Counted from the first letter of the whole stretch, positions 1 to 12,899 are shown. The stretch: 63,461 nt of DNA, filler included, from Octopus bimaculoides (GCF_001194135.2; 4 parts of 4 records of this genome joined end to end with filler, not necessarily neighbours in it), one strand, 5' to 3'. The notes: generated from the sequence alone by a model not told the origin. Program-made: numbers and translations.

Positions 1-1330
1 GAAGGCCAGTCAGGCGGTACTGGCAACGGCCACGCTCAAAATGGAGTATTTTACATGCCACCTGCACAGAAACCAGTCTTTACACATGCCACTGGCACAA
101 GTGCCATGAAGGTGACGATGGGCACAGGTGCCATCACGATTTCACTTTCACTTGCACCAATAGGTCTTCACAAGCCGAGTTTCGTGTCCTGCATAGGAGC
201 CAGTCCAGCGGCACTGGCAACGATTTCACTCGAATGTCTTTACACGTGCCACCAGCACAAGTGCCAGGAAGGCGACGCTGGGTAAAGGTGCCATCACAAT
301 TTCACTTTCACTTGACCCAACAGGTCTTCACAAACCGAGTTTCGTGTCCAATGGAGGAGATGACGTTGGCATGGGTGCCAGTCTTCGAATTTAGTTCGAT
401 TTCGATTCCGATTTCACTTGCTTCAACAAGTCTTTGCAAGCAGAGTTTAGTGTCCAATGAAGGAAGGTACGCATAAGTGGGATGGCTACACCCCAAGCAG
501 AGGCCTTGGATTTGGGTCTCACTTGGCTTGCTGGGTCTTCTCACTCACAACGTATTTCCAAAGATCTCGGTCAGAAGTCATCGCCTCAGTGAGGCTTAAT
601 GTTCGGAGGTCGTGCCTCATCACCTCATCCCAGGTCTTCATGGGCCTACCTCTTCCACAGGTTCCCTCAACCGCTAGGGTGTGGCATATTTTCACACAGC
701 TATCCTCATCAATTCTCACCACATGTCCATACCAGCACAATCTCCTCTAGTTCTGATAGTGACTCAGCAATTAGTGCAAGGTCATCAGCATAGAGGAGCT
801 CCCAAGGGCATCCTGTTTTGAATTCCTCTGTTATCACCTGGAGGACTATGGTAAATAGGAGGGGGCTGAGGACAGAACCTTGGTGAACCCCTACCTCTAC
901 CTGGAATTCTTCACTGTACTCATTTCCAAACCTCACCTTACTGACAGCGTCTCTATACATGGCTCGCACAGCTCTCACTAACCATTCTTCTATCCCTAGT
1001 TTCCTCATTGACCACCAGATGATGGATCAGGGGACCCTGTCAAAGGCTTTCTCCATGTCAACGAAAACAAGATACAGAGGTTTATCCTTGGCTAGGTATT
1101 TCTCCTGAAACTGTCTTACCAGAAATATAGCATCAGCGGTGCTTTTCCCAGGCACGAACCCAAACTGCATCTCATCTAAACTGACTCACTCCCTAATTAT
1201 TTGGGCTATGACCCTCTCTGTGACTTTCATTACCTGATCTAACAACTTGATACCTCTGTAATTATTTGTATCGAAAGCGTCACCTTTACCTTTGTAGCAG
1301 TTGACAATAATGCTGCTACTTCTTTCATTT
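1..1330 (-). mobile_element. RTE-type non-LTR retrotransposon, 5'-truncated and internally deleted (RT remnant plus 3' UTR running off the window start)
   Basis: Minus-strand RT motifs: YLVFVDMEKAFDRVP (~1030-1080), GVHQGSVLSPLLF and LLYADDLALIA (709-1008), then C-terminal GRGRPMKTWDEVMRHDL...DRDLW (519-740) in another frame, typical of RTE ORFs. Confidence 0.85.
76..349. repeat. Imperfect tandem duplication (~160 bp period) in the RTE 3' UTR
   Basis: The block gtctttacac...ggtcttcacaa...gtttcgtgtcc occurs at 76-189 and 236-349; gccagtc..gcgg.actggcaacg occurs at ~6 and ~199. Confidence 0.75.
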
Positions 1331-1650
1331 TTCTCTTTCAGGAAAATTACATTGCTTGAAAAGGTGTAGTCAGAAGTTCTATAAGGTGTACTCAGTGTAA
1401 ACTGTGGACATATTAGAGGTTTAATGGAATCACAAGAATATTAACAGAGGAAGTAGACTTTGTAAGTGGCAGAAGCGCAGGAATATTAATCATTAACAAC
1501 ACATCGGAAACAACTTCCTCAAATGCCCAGCAAAATCCTTAGAGGTAGTAGATTGCTTTTTTGTTATCAGGCTAACTTAATTAGCAATGGAGGAGGATGC
1601 ACTAAAATTATAGTTGCTAGGAAAATTATTACCTCTGTCAGCAACAAAAA

Positions 1651-1652
<2 letters not shown>

Positions 1653-1693
<41 letters not shown>
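1653..1693. repeat. (CT)n microsatellite
   Basis: Direct reading. Confidence 0.95.
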
Positions 1694-1695
<2 letters not shown>

Positions 1696-1879
1696 AATGA
1701 AAGATACATTGCATGATGCTTGTGTATGAACAGTAATGCTACATAGTAAAAGTGAACCATGAATGCAGAGATGACGTGAATATTAGAAAGAAAGAAATCT
1801 AGCTATATGTGCATGAACAACAAAGTACAAATGCATTGAGAAAACAATTGGACATAAGTGGCATCAGATGTAGTGTCCT

Positions 1880-2150
1880 CTGGTACAAACATTTAATGTG
1901 GAAATGGGAGACCCATGATGAAGAAGTGAAGAACGATCTCCTGGTTTTCACTGTACAAGACCAATGCCTGACCACAAACAAATATAAAACCTTAGTGATA
2001 AAAATAGGCCCAGATACTAAATGCAAAATGTGCAACCAGCACAATGAGACAGTAGACCATATCATCTCTGGCTGTCCAGTCCTAGCCAAATCTGAATATA
2101 TATACAGACATAGCCGAGTATGTAGTTATATCCATAACAAGAAATGATAT
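1880..2150 (+). mobile_element. RLE-LINE (R4/Dong-like) fragment with the CCHC zinc knuckle
   Basis: VQDQCLTTNKY...KCKMCNQHNETVDHIISGCPVLAKSEYIYRH: C-x2-C-x7-H-x4-C motif and xQDQ motif, shared with the copies at 17035 and 5580. Confidence 0.75.
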
Positions 2151-2184
2151 CATCATGTGCCAAACAAGGTACATGATAACATTC

Positions 2185-2747
2185 AGGCTGCAATGGTCCG
2201 TTGCTGTTCTAGTTTTAGTTTGGATTTCATTTGTTTTATAGCTTTTGTTGTTTCTTCTTCTTCTTTGTATTTGTTAGGTAGTATGACTTCTTGTTTGTAT
2301 TTGTCAGCTTCCTTAAATACTGAAAACAGTTTTTCGTTTTGCTCGTGTTTTGCGGCTATTTGTATTAGTTTTCCTTGCTTCTGAAGTAGGTATTTTTGCA
2401 GAAGTACGGTGGTTATTTTGGAATAGTTTTCCAGCTGTATAAGGCCTCTACCACCTTCTATACGTTGTATACCTTTCTATGTCAGATTTTGGGTGGTGCA
2501 TCCTAGATCCCGTCATTATTTTTCTTGTTTTCCTGTTTATTTTGATATGTTCATTTAGTGTCCAGTTAAGGATATTGTAGCTGTAACTTATAACTGGGAC
2601 AACTAGGGTATTGATACATTTTATCTTGTTTTTCGCATTGACTGGTATTACTTGTCTACCGTATTCTTTTGTTTATCTTCTCTTTCATTTATGTGTGTTG
2701 CATAATTTCTAGCTTGGTGATTCCTAAGTATTTGCATGTCTGGCTTT
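2185..2747 (-). mobile_element. R4/Dong-like LINE fragment (post-RT region), same subfamily as 4126-5878
   Basis: The reverse complement aligns to ~4815-5455 (RMHHPKSD, GGRGLIQLENY, MKSKLKLEQQR). Its truncated 5' end abuts (TTA)n at 2749. Confidence 0.85.
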
Positions 2748-2748
2748 G

Positions 2749-2790
<42 letters not shown>
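2749..2790. repeat. (TTA)n microsatellite
   Basis: Direct reading; it merges into the left mariner TIR. Confidence 0.95.
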
Positions 2791-2791
<1 letters not shown>

Positions 2792-4046
2792 GGGTGTTTG
2801 GAAAGTAATCGTGTTTTTACACCACTATAAAATACAAATCAACCAATCACATCAGAGCCATGGTCAAATGGGTGGGAACTGTCTAGAAATAGTATATCAT
2901 CTCCTCTATCTGGCAGTGTGTGTCATTCATAGTTACTTTGGCAATTGATCCCATGGAGGATAAGAACTTTATGAAACAATTATATTTGCCATTGCTTGTT
3001 GTATGAGTTTTGAAAAAAAAAAGTACCACTGCAGAAGCAATGTAAAACATTTGTGAAGCATATCTGGATGCAGTGAAAGCTCGTACATGTCACGTGGGGT
3101 TTAAAAGGTTTAAAGATGGCAATTGTAACGTATCTAACAAGCCACATTCTGGAAGATGATCGACTCTGAATGACAACCTTTTGAATGAGACTGTTGTCTC
3201 AGATCCACATCAAAGCACCAGAGATTTGGCGCAAAAATTTAATGTGTCATATTCAACTATCCATGAACAACTCAAGCCAAGTGGAGAAACATGCAAAGAG
3301 GGAATTTTGGTTCCACATGAGCTTACACTTAAGGACCAAACACAATGTTCCACCAACTGCAGCAGTCTTCTAAACAGGAATAGCAACTTGTCATTTCTGT
3401 AGCACATTGTTATAGGTGATGACAAATGGGTTTTACATGACAACAGAAAATGAAAAAGACAATGATTGTCACATAATGAGAAGCAAGTGCCATCACTAAA
3501 ACCAGAATTCTATCCTCAAAAATCTTTGCTTTGTGTTTGGTTGAACATGAAAGGTATTGTCCATTATGAGTTACTGGAACATGGAAGGACCATCAATGCT
3601 GACGTTATTGCCAACGACTTGATCAGGTAAATGAAAATTTACACTGAAACTAACCAGCTTTGGCACATAGAAAAGGTGTTATTCTCCAGCATGACAATGT
3701 TTGGCCGCATTCTTCTAAACAAATCCAAGAAAAAATAAGATCATTAGGATGGGAAGTTTTTCCATATCCTCCACACTCACCTGACTCAGCACCTATGGAT
3801 TTCCATCTCTTCTTATCACAAGAACATTTTATAAGAAGCAAAACATTCAGAAACAGAGAGGAAGCTGAAAACAATCTTTCAGACTTTTTTAGGAAAAGAA
3901 ACAGAATACCTCTGAATGTGGCGTAAAAAAGTTACCTTCCCATTGAAAAGGGATTACATTGTTGATCAAAACTATTCAGATAAATGTAGTTTACATTCAT
4001 TTTTGTATCCTTTCTGGTAAAATGCAATTACTTTCCAAACATCCTA

Positions 4047-4047
<1 letters not shown>
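2789..4047 (+). mobile_element. Full-length (1259 bp) inactive mariner, cecropia/Hsmar1-like
   Basis: TIRs TTAGGGTGTTTGGAAAGTAATCGTGTTTT and AAAATGCAATTACTTTCCAAACATCCTAA with flanking TA. Transposase remnants: LVPHELT, VIGDDKW, LQHDN, PPHSPDSAPMDFHLF. Multiple stops and frameshifts. Confidence 0.92.

Positions 4048-4049
<2 letters not shown>

Positions 4050-4103
<54 letters not shown>
4050..4103. repeat. (TAA)n microsatellite, degenerating into (AAC)n up to ~4130
   Basis: Direct reading. Confidence 0.95.
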
Positions 4104-4106
<3 letters not shown>

Positions 4107-4125
4107 TAACAACAACAAGAACAAA

Positions 4126-5878
4126 AACAATCTACAAAGCCTTTACTGCAATAATATCGCAGAGATTGAGCAAGCATATGGAAGAAAACAATCTGCTTCC
4201 AGAAGAGCAGAAGGAATGCTGCAAGGACTCATATGTCTGTAAAGATCAATTAATGATCAATAAAGCCATAACTGAAGACAGCCGCAGAAAGAAGAAAGGC
4301 TTCAGTATGGCCTGGATCAACTACATTTGATTGTATTCCCCACACGTGGATCCTCGAAACAGTAGCCATGGACAAGGTAGCACCAATAGCTATAAAATAC
4401 ATAAGACACTATGAATAAATGGCAGACAGTGCCACAGCTCCAAACAAAAGAGGGACTCGTGAAAACGAAAGCCATCCCCATTAGAAGAGGTATATTCCAG
4501 GGAGACACGCTCTCTCCACTCCTACTCTGTTTGGCACTCACACCTTTATCTGAATTGCTAAATAGAAATGGATGCGGATACAAATGTTACGGCAAAACTG
4601 TCAGCCACCTCTTATATATGGATGACCTAAAACTACACGCTACAAATGATAAACAGCTAGAAACACTACTACAAACAGTACATGGATATACCAAAGAAAT
4701 AGATATGAAATTCGGATTAGAAAAATGTGCCAAAGCAACCCTGAAAAGAGGAAAACTAGTTAAGAGTAGCAACATCACACTGGATAAAGCCAATGAAATA
4801 AGAGAACTAGACCAAAGCCAGACATACAAATATTTAGGAATCAATGAACTAGATAGGATACAACATACACAAATGAAAGTGTAAATAAAGAAAGAATACT
4901 ATAGAGGCGTTAGATTAATACTAAAAACAGAGCTCAATGCTAAAAACAAGATAATAGGTATTAACACTTTAACCGTCGCAGTTATAATTTACAGCTACAA
5001 TATCCTAAAGTGGACACTAAACGAACTAATGAAAATAGACAGGAAAATAAGAAAAATAATGACAGGATCTAGGATGCACCACCCAAAATCTGACAAAGAA
5101 AGGCTATATATACAACGCACAAAAGGTGGCAGGGGTCTTATACAGCTGGAAAACTATTATAAAATAATCACCATAGGACTTCAAAAATACCTACTCCAGA
5201 AGCAAGGAAAACTAATACAAATAGCCACAAAACACAAGCAAAACAAAACACTGTTTTTAGTATTTAAGGAAGCTGATTTAAAAAATTATACTACCTAATA
5301 AATACGAAGAAGAAGAAGAAGAAGAAGAAGAAGAAGAAGAAGAAGAAGAAGAAGAAGAAGAAGAAGAAGAAGAAGAAGAAGAAGAAGAAGAAGAAGAAAC
5401 AATAAAAGCTATAAAACAAATGAAATCCAAACTAAAACTAGAACAGCAACGGATCATGATAAAACGATGGCAGGAAAAGCCCCTTCATGGCAAATACTGG
5501 GCCAAATTAAATTCAAAAGAGATAGACAGAGAAAAATCCCAGCAATGGTTGAGAAGCTCAGGACTCAAAGTAGAGACTGAAGGATTTTTAATTGCTGCAC
5601 AAGACCAAAGTCTCCCCACCAGAAATTACCTATCATAGTAGGTGCCTTAGGTATAATAAAAAAATATTCAGACAAATACATAACAAAAACACCAGGACTT
5701 ACAAATATATATAACATACAGAAAATTGTACTACTGGGCACTGCACACATCCTACGCAAAACATTTTCAATACAGTAAACATAAAAGCATCACAGCATAC
5801 CACAGCACATACCCAAGGCGCACAGAGCTGCGCTCGGTAGCGAAGTGAAAGCACGCTATAAAAATAAAACTACTGAAC
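4126..5878 (+). mobile_element. R4/Dong-like RLE-LINE, 5'-truncated, RT domain recognisable, endonuclease deleted, 3' UTR intact
   Basis: GIFQGDTLSPLL, HLLYMDDLKL, KFGLEKCA, YKYLGI, RMHHPKSD, LIAAQDQSLPTRNY, IIVGALG...LLGTAHILRK. Flanked by (TAA)n at both ends. R4/Dong assignment is inferred from motifs and target. Confidence 0.88.
5306..5398. repeat. (GAA)31 microsatellite inside the LINE ORF
   Basis: Direct count of 93 bp of perfect GAA. Confidence 0.95.
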
Positions 5879-5899
5879 AATAATAATAATAATAACATG

Positions 5900-8800
5900 A
5901 ATAACAAGCAAGGAATTAGATACTGAAGAAAACTACAACTATTTAAGTGTGTGTGAGGAGGATGGTATTCAGCACAATCAAATACAAGAGAAAAATTAGA
6001 AGGAATGTTATAAGAGAGTTAAAGCTATCTAAAAAAGAACTTAGTGTAAGAAACAGGACTGGTGCTATCACTATCTATATCATACATGTGACAAAAAGTA
6101 TAACAAATATTGAATCCTGGAAGAAGCAAGAAAAAGAGTAAGAAATATTNNNNNNNNNNNNNNNNNNNNNNNNNNNNNNNNNNNNNNNNNNNNNNNNNNN
6201 NNNNNNNNNNNNNNNNNNNNNNNNNNNNNNNNNNNNNNNNNNNNNNNNNGGATCAAGCTTTTTGGGTAATGAAAAATATTGACAAATCGTAGATTATGCA
6301 ATTTCAGGGACGAATCAATTTTTCATTTAACAATATCAGAATGGTTGAAAAAAGTAAAATATTTCAACATTAAAATGATATTGAATTAGAACATTTAAAG
6401 AGAAAGAACATATTAATGATTAGAGATCAGCCAACAACAATAAAAGCTCTGAACGTAAATCATGAAGATAGAACTAATAAAGTAAAGAGAAAACATGACA
6501 AACCCAAAACCTAGAAATGCCTACTACTAAGAAAAATCAAAGCACAGACAAAAATATGATTATCAGAGATTATGAAGATCTAAAGATAGGAAATTCTAAA
6601 AGTGGAGTCCATGACATTATTCCTGTAAAGCAGGGTATAATGATGAGCAATAAATTTTCCTAGAACTAATGAAAGCAACTCCCAAGGATAAATCTCAACA
6701 ATAAAGCAGCACCGACAATATAAAAACAAAAACTCCTTGCATTTTACTAAGAAATAAAACTTAATGTAAGACATGAAGAAAAAAAAAGGAATTTAAGAGA
6801 AAAATACTGCAGAAATATAATATAAAATAAAGATGTATCTGGAATTAAAGAACTAAAACAAAAGATCTTCACTAGATTCAGTTTGCATAGAAAACGTCAG
6901 TGATTCTTTTTGAGTCCAACCCAAAATAACTATGTTAAGAACTTGGTAAAAATGAAATAGAAGTCAATGCAGCATCGACAGCAGGAGAAATAAAAGGATT
7001 CTGGGGATAAGTATAAGCAGTGAAGTAATCACCACTAAAAAGATTAGTCACAACATGCACAATATCAAAACAACCATGGGCATTATTAATAACAGAAGAA
7101 ATAATCTACATACAGCAAAAATAAACAACTGGAAGGCACCAGGACATAACATCCTCAACTTCTGGTTAACAGGAACACTTAAGCTGCTATTAGAGAAATT
7201 TAATTAGATACTAACGAACCCAGAGGTAACACTTGAAAAGCTAATTGAAGAGAAAAATGTATCTTAATTCCCAAATCTACAAAAACAGCAAGTCCTCAAA
7301 ACTACTGATCCATAACAAGTCTTCCTCGAACCTTCAAAGATTTAACTGCAATAATATGATTGACAGTGAACAGGTAGAAGAAAACAATCTGTTTTCAGAA
7401 GAGTAGAAGAGATGTTGCAAAGATACATTTGACTGTAAAGATTAATTACTGCAACAAAACTATATCCAAAGACTGCTGAAGAAAAAAGACAAGCCTGAGC
7501 ATGGATTGACTATTGGAAGGTTTTTGTTAATATTCCCATAAATAGAACACATGAACGCTAGTCATGAGTAAAGTAGCTTCAGCAATATAAAAATGCACGA
7601 AACTTTTTGTGAGCAAAACCAACAAAAGGGAATTGTTAAAGCTAAAAGGGACCATCTCCATTTTGGCATCATGACATTTAATTGATTTGTTAAATAGTTA
7701 CAAATTCTATGGTAATGGAATTAACTAGTTTTCTTTTCTTCATAGCATTTTAAAATTTTTTATGGATGGTCTCCAGTTGGATTCCACAAATTGCAAACAA
7801 CAAGAAACATTGATCCCAACAATACAGGAATTTACTGAAGAAATAAATATGAAATCTGGTTAAGAAAAACATGCCAAAGCAACCTTGAAGAAAAGAAAAT
7901 TAATTTAGGACACTAACAACAAAACAGGTATGGAAACCTAGGCAAGAGAATTAGACTAAATACAGACATAAAAATACTTAGGAATCTAAGACGTAGACTG
8001 TGTACAACAGAGATCATCAGGAAGGAATATTATAGACACACAAACTAATACTTAAAACAGAGCTACATGCAAAATACAAAGTAATAGGCTTCAACAGTCT
8101 TGCTGTTCCAGTTATGATTTTAATATTTTCAGTTAGGCATTAAATGAAGTAGCCAGACTAAGGTAAATACTGAATGCTTCTAGGACATACCACCTAAATT
8201 CTGAAGTTGACACACTATATTTATTAAGAAAACAAAGCAATAAGAGAAATATTGCAAAATGTCCACTGTCTGACTATAAAAATATGTAGTATAGAATCAG
8301 AAAATGAATTCAAATAGCCTGGAAACACGAAAAAATAAAGGCAGCAAGCACAGAGGGTTCCCTGATAAAAAAAAAAAAGCTACATAGAAAGCGGAGAAGC
8401 AACAAAGATTGTGGATGAGCTAAAATTTAAATTGACATTGGTAATGGTATGGTAAAGCAAGGGTAAGGAAAGCTTCTACATGGCCAATAATAATAATAAT
8501 AAAGCAAAACTGAATTGAAGGGAAAATCTCAGTACTGGCTGAGAAGCATGGTTCTCAAGCAGAGAGAAATGTTTCTTGATAGTGGCACAGGATCTAACCC
8601 TCTCCAAAACGCATAACAGATCAGAATGTAGTCCATCAGTAACTGTAGAATATGTGGAGATGGGGAATACACAATTAAACAACTATAGCTGCCAAGTTTT
8701 AGTAATAAAAAAAGAGAAAAAACATCCAGATATGGTAGAGTTGGATCTTATACTGGAAGTTATGCCAGAATTATGAAAAAATTACAGAAAATGGATGGTG

Positions 8801-9030
8801 TAAGCATACTTCAGAAATGATCTGTGAGAATGGCAAAACAACCACAGTCTGGTTGAATAACCCATTATTGTTGTCAAGGACCATCAATAAAAGAAATGCC
8901 TCCCAAATGACATGAGTTCCAACAGATGATACTGTATCACAAAAAGAGAAGTAAAAATTATGCAAATATAAAGATCTAAAAATGGGAATAACTAGAGTAG
9001 TGCCATTCACTCTAACTATTTTTGCCACTG
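5900..9030 (+). pseudogene. Old, heavily decayed RLE-LINE (R4/Dong-like) body
   Basis: Scattered motifs in the expected order: NWKAPG (~7125), EENNLFSEE (~7380), WIDY (~7502), SQYWLR...IVAQD (~8530-8595), KYKDL (~8965). A-rich sense strand; a 100-N gap at 6150-6249. Confidence 0.65.
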
Positions 9031-9344
9031 ACACCCATCTTTTCATAAATTCAGGGGCAGTAGCACCCAACTCGCCAACCTCACTTTAGTTTCTAGTGGA
9101 ACTTAAAAACGTTAATGAAAGCTTGACCAAGGAGGAAGGTGCAACAATGTTTGAACACTGAACGACAATATGTAGAACAGTTTTATCTCTATGCTTGCAT
9201 CTCAAATAAGTCCTATGGGAACTTTCATGCCTGTAGAGTTTGTCCCACATTTGTAGTGCACCTCAATAGCACTGACACGACATGGATTTATGGAAATTGT
9301 CCATAGTCATTGAAAGTTCTCCAAAACAGATGACTTAGTTCGTG

Positions 9345-9520
9345 TCCTAGTGACTGAAAGTGCGTGGCTTTGCTGTTAGAGTGTTACACTTACATTTGTG
9401 AGATCGTGCTTCAACTCCCAGGTCGGCTGTACATCATGTTCTTGAGCAAAGCATTTCATTATACATTGCTCCAGTTCACATAACTGTAAGTGGATAACCT
9501 TGTGGTGTACAAGGGTTAGA
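9345..9520 (+). mobile_element. Degenerate tRNA-headed SINE-like relic
   Basis: A-box-like gtggctttgctgttag, B-box-like gcttcaactcc, then core-like gttcttgagcaaagcatttc...gctccagttcac. Confidence 0.4.
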
Positions 9521-9599
9521 TAGTGACTTGGGAAAATATGCTAACCTGACGTCTCAGGAACTACATTTTATATTCAGTGATTGAAAGGATGAATAGTAC

Positions 9600-11760
9600 A
9601 GCCCATACAGTGGATCCTAAATGGTTGAGATTGGTTGTTCAACCACTTCGAAGGTCAATCAGAGCAATCAACACATTGATGCACCATTTCCATAAGGAAG
9701 TTGTCACTCTCCCACAAGTCTTTTATAGAATGTTAAGGAGAAACTTTCACTGACCATGGAAGCATGAGTGTCTGGCAACATTTCCAGATTTCAGGCACCC
9801 TGTATTGGTTTCCAATTGATACAGAACTACAACTTAGTCTAAGAGACATCCTTGGAAAAATCTATCCAACAAAGGATGACCACTGTCCTGGAATATTTAT
9901 AAGTTTGCATGTCAGCATATCATCAACCATGGTATGCCAATCCCTCCACACAAAGAGTGGTGGTGGTGGTGGCAGAAAGTCAGCTTGATTAATGGAATGC
10001 ATCTCTTCCACAAGAATTGGGAGCGCACATTAATCTAGTGAAATTAAAACTGGGACAAGGTTCTATGTCCAGATGGTAATATAAGACAGAAGTGATGTAC
10101 TATATGTCTACTCTCGCAGCCTGATCTCTTCCCATTTCAGAGTGAGACTGACCATGCTGATTGTCACATCATCCTAGTTCCTGTTCATCAAGAAGCACTG
10201 ACCAAACTAGAGTTTAAGTAATTTAGCTGGACCAGCTATTCAGCTCAGCATGACCTACCTACCTCGTTAATCTTTGCTCCTGTCAAAGCCTCGCATCTCT
10301 TTGGAATGGCACGGACCACCCCAATAGTCATTGTGCCCTACACGTTGTTCACATATGACAACATGGTTTTGCTGTATTTCAGTTTAAACAAAATGATCCC
10401 CAAATAATTTTTCCCCTGTAGTGACTCGAAGAGATGGGAAAGGATTTCATAGATCGAGTTTATGATTTGAAATACTTCCGATAGGTGGCCATTTATTTTG
10501 ACCATTGAACAGATGCCACTTTTCCAACCATGCTCTCAACGACAAGCACCAATCTTTATGCTGGGACCTTAGCCAAAATCTTAAAATCTTAATTTCATGC
10601 TCCTTGTTCAAGTCTTTCCTCAGCAGTACCTTCACTCTTTCACTCATAGAAATGGCAATTCTCCGGTCCTGCTATATGTAGCTGTAGACATCTTCCAGGA
10701 TATCTCTTTTACTCTTTTACTCTTTTACTTGTTTCAGTCATTTGACTGTGGCCATTCTGGAGCACCGCCTTTAGTCGAGCAAATCGACCCCAGGACTTAT
10801 TCTTTGGAAGCCTAGTACTTATTCTATCGGTTTCTTTTGCCGAACCGCTAAGTTACGGGGACGTAAACACACCAGCATCGGTTGTCGAGCGATGTTGGGC
10901 GGACAAAAACAGACACACAAACACATACACATATATATATATACATATATACGACGGGCTTCTTTCAGTTTCCGTCTACCAAATTCATTCACAAGGCTTT
11001 GGTCGGCCCGAGGCTATAGTAGAAGACACTTGCCCAAGGTGCCACATAGTGGGACTTAATCCGGAACCATGTGGTTGGTAAGCAAGCTACTTACCACACA
11101 GCCACTCCTGCGCCTATTGTATCTGTGAACAATATTAGAATATAGATATAAAGATCATTGGGCAGACAATCCAAACCAAGCAATTTGAGCTTCGGACATC
11201 TATTCTACACCAATTATGTCTGAGTTGCTGTTATTGACAGCACTCCTCTTCTTCAGTTGAAGCTGTGGCATGCCGTTCATGTGTGTTTGAGTTTTCCTGT
11301 CCTTATGAGTGGAGCTATAGATTTGGATGGTAATGCTGGGTTTGTGTGCTTTCTATTCGTTGTTGTTGTCTTGGCTGTATTTACTGTGGTTGTAATTGTT
11401 GGTATGTAATTGTCAAAAGAGGGATGTTTCCAATTCTTCCAACTTTCAAGAGATTTTTTTTTCCTTTTTTTTTTCAGTGGTTACCTTACCTCCTCTTCAC
11501 CGCAAGATAAGATTTCCGTATCAGAAAATTTCGATGCGGACGAGTGGAGTGGCATGTCTGTGCTCGTGTTTTACCGGGGAAGGAGGATAAGACGGGAAAA
11601 TCCTTTGGTCGTGGATGTTGTGTTATTGTTATTGTCATCGTCGTCGTCGTTGTTGATGTTGATGCTTCTGTGGTCGTTACTTTTGTTGCTGCTGCTTTTC
11701 CTGTCGAAACAACCATAGCTGTTCTTTTTTGGTGTTGTAATTTGTTGAGTAGCTCTTGTC
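9600..11760 (-). mobile_element. Decayed Tx1/L1-type LINE copy C, interrupted by a SINE
   Basis: Minus-strand remnants: KILAKV (~10575), VLLRKDLNK (~10620), a degenerate YADD-region SYVNNV (~10350), GGIGIPWL (~9940). Low-complexity ORF1-like region at 11300-11760. Confidence 0.5.
10703..11114 (-). mobile_element. Full-length tRNA-derived SINE, family 1, with an internal CA/TA microsatellite and (AAAAGAGT)n-type tail
   Basis: Head GGCGCAGGAGTGGCTGTGTGGTAAG (A-box) and a B-box-like GGATTAAGTCCC. Homologous copies at 30752, 37644, 44139, 42457, 49495 and 50300. Confidence 0.88.
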
Positions 11761-11769
11761 GGAATTGTC

Positions 11770-12870
11770 CTTAGTATTCCTCAATCGAAAAGTCCTTCCG
11801 AAACAGTCTAGCTAGTTCGTCTTCACCAACGCCCAGAATTTTTTCGACAATGTCATCACTCTTCCTCGTTAATAAACCTTTATTGATTTCTAAAGTGGGA
11901 TTCCCATCGATCCTGTTAACCAAACTGCAGAGGGTGATGAATGCCTGATGACATTATAGCTGCAATCACCCAGGAATGCATTTCCGTCATTGGAACAAGG
12001 TGCAGAAAAACATGTCTCAGGAATGGTATTCACACTCGTTCACTGCTCAGGAATTTTTGCACATGGTGCAGCCCGAGCGCATGTCTGCGTATCAGCAGCC
12101 GTAGCATGCCTAGACTGCCGTACAGAGGACGCTGACATCACCACAAAAAACTGAATAACAGATACTCCAATCTGATTAGGGTTGTAGCTGGGGGAAGGCT
12201 CCGCAGTCAGGTGGTAAATACTAACAGAGGCAATGTAGACATTCGTCACCTTTGCCTGTTCTTTCAGAGACTGCTTCATCTCTGACCACTCCTGGGTAAG
12301 ACAGGGCATCTTCTTCGTCATTTCCTTCTACATCATATCCATCTGGAAGTCGGGATTGGACTAGACACCGAACAGTTTGACCGGTTCATTTGCCCACTAT
12401 CTCACAATGCCGTCTGACAACATGAACCTACCTCTTCAGTTGCTCAGCCACAAGCTCACCGACTTGTCTAAATTGATCTTAACCCCTGCCACCGTTTCCT
12501 ATTCCTTTAATATCAGACCGACCATCACAGTTTCAGTGACGTTCGACGCTATAATGGTGACGTCATCCACGTACACCGATATAGCCGTTCCGGCTTCCAG
12601 TTCGAATGGGATGCTTCTCAACTGATTTAGCTTTCGCAACAATGACTCGTTTAGTCTCGAAGAAATGGTCGAGGGATATTTTCGCTGCTAGCACATCTAT
12701 CATTATGCCTTTTCTAGACGATCAACTAACTCTATCTCTAATTTATTTCTCAATAAAGTTAGATCTTTGCAAAATAGACTCTGCTCTAATTCCCAACTCC
12801 AGACTTCCCCACCATTCTATCAACTGCTGCTAATCTAATTCACTAATTCAGATCCTGTAGTCTTTGCGTT
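11770..12870 (-). mobile_element. Tx1/L1-type LINE fragment B (central and distal RT, thumb region)
   Basis: Minus strand: SVYVDDVTII, VAGVKINLDKS, KLLGV, NVYIASV, GSLGM..IRRHALGLHH. Confidence 0.8.
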
Positions 12871-12899
12871 CCTGTAAGGACTCGTTCTACTTCCCATAA

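Noticed and set aside
1880-2747. Possible twin-priming 5' inversion of one LINE
   Set aside because: The order is wrong (the inverted upstream part lies 3' of the sense part) and the two pieces appear to be from different subfamilies.
2789-2794. TTAGGG telomeric hexamer after (TTA)n
   Set aside because: Single copy, and it is the first bases of the mariner TIR.
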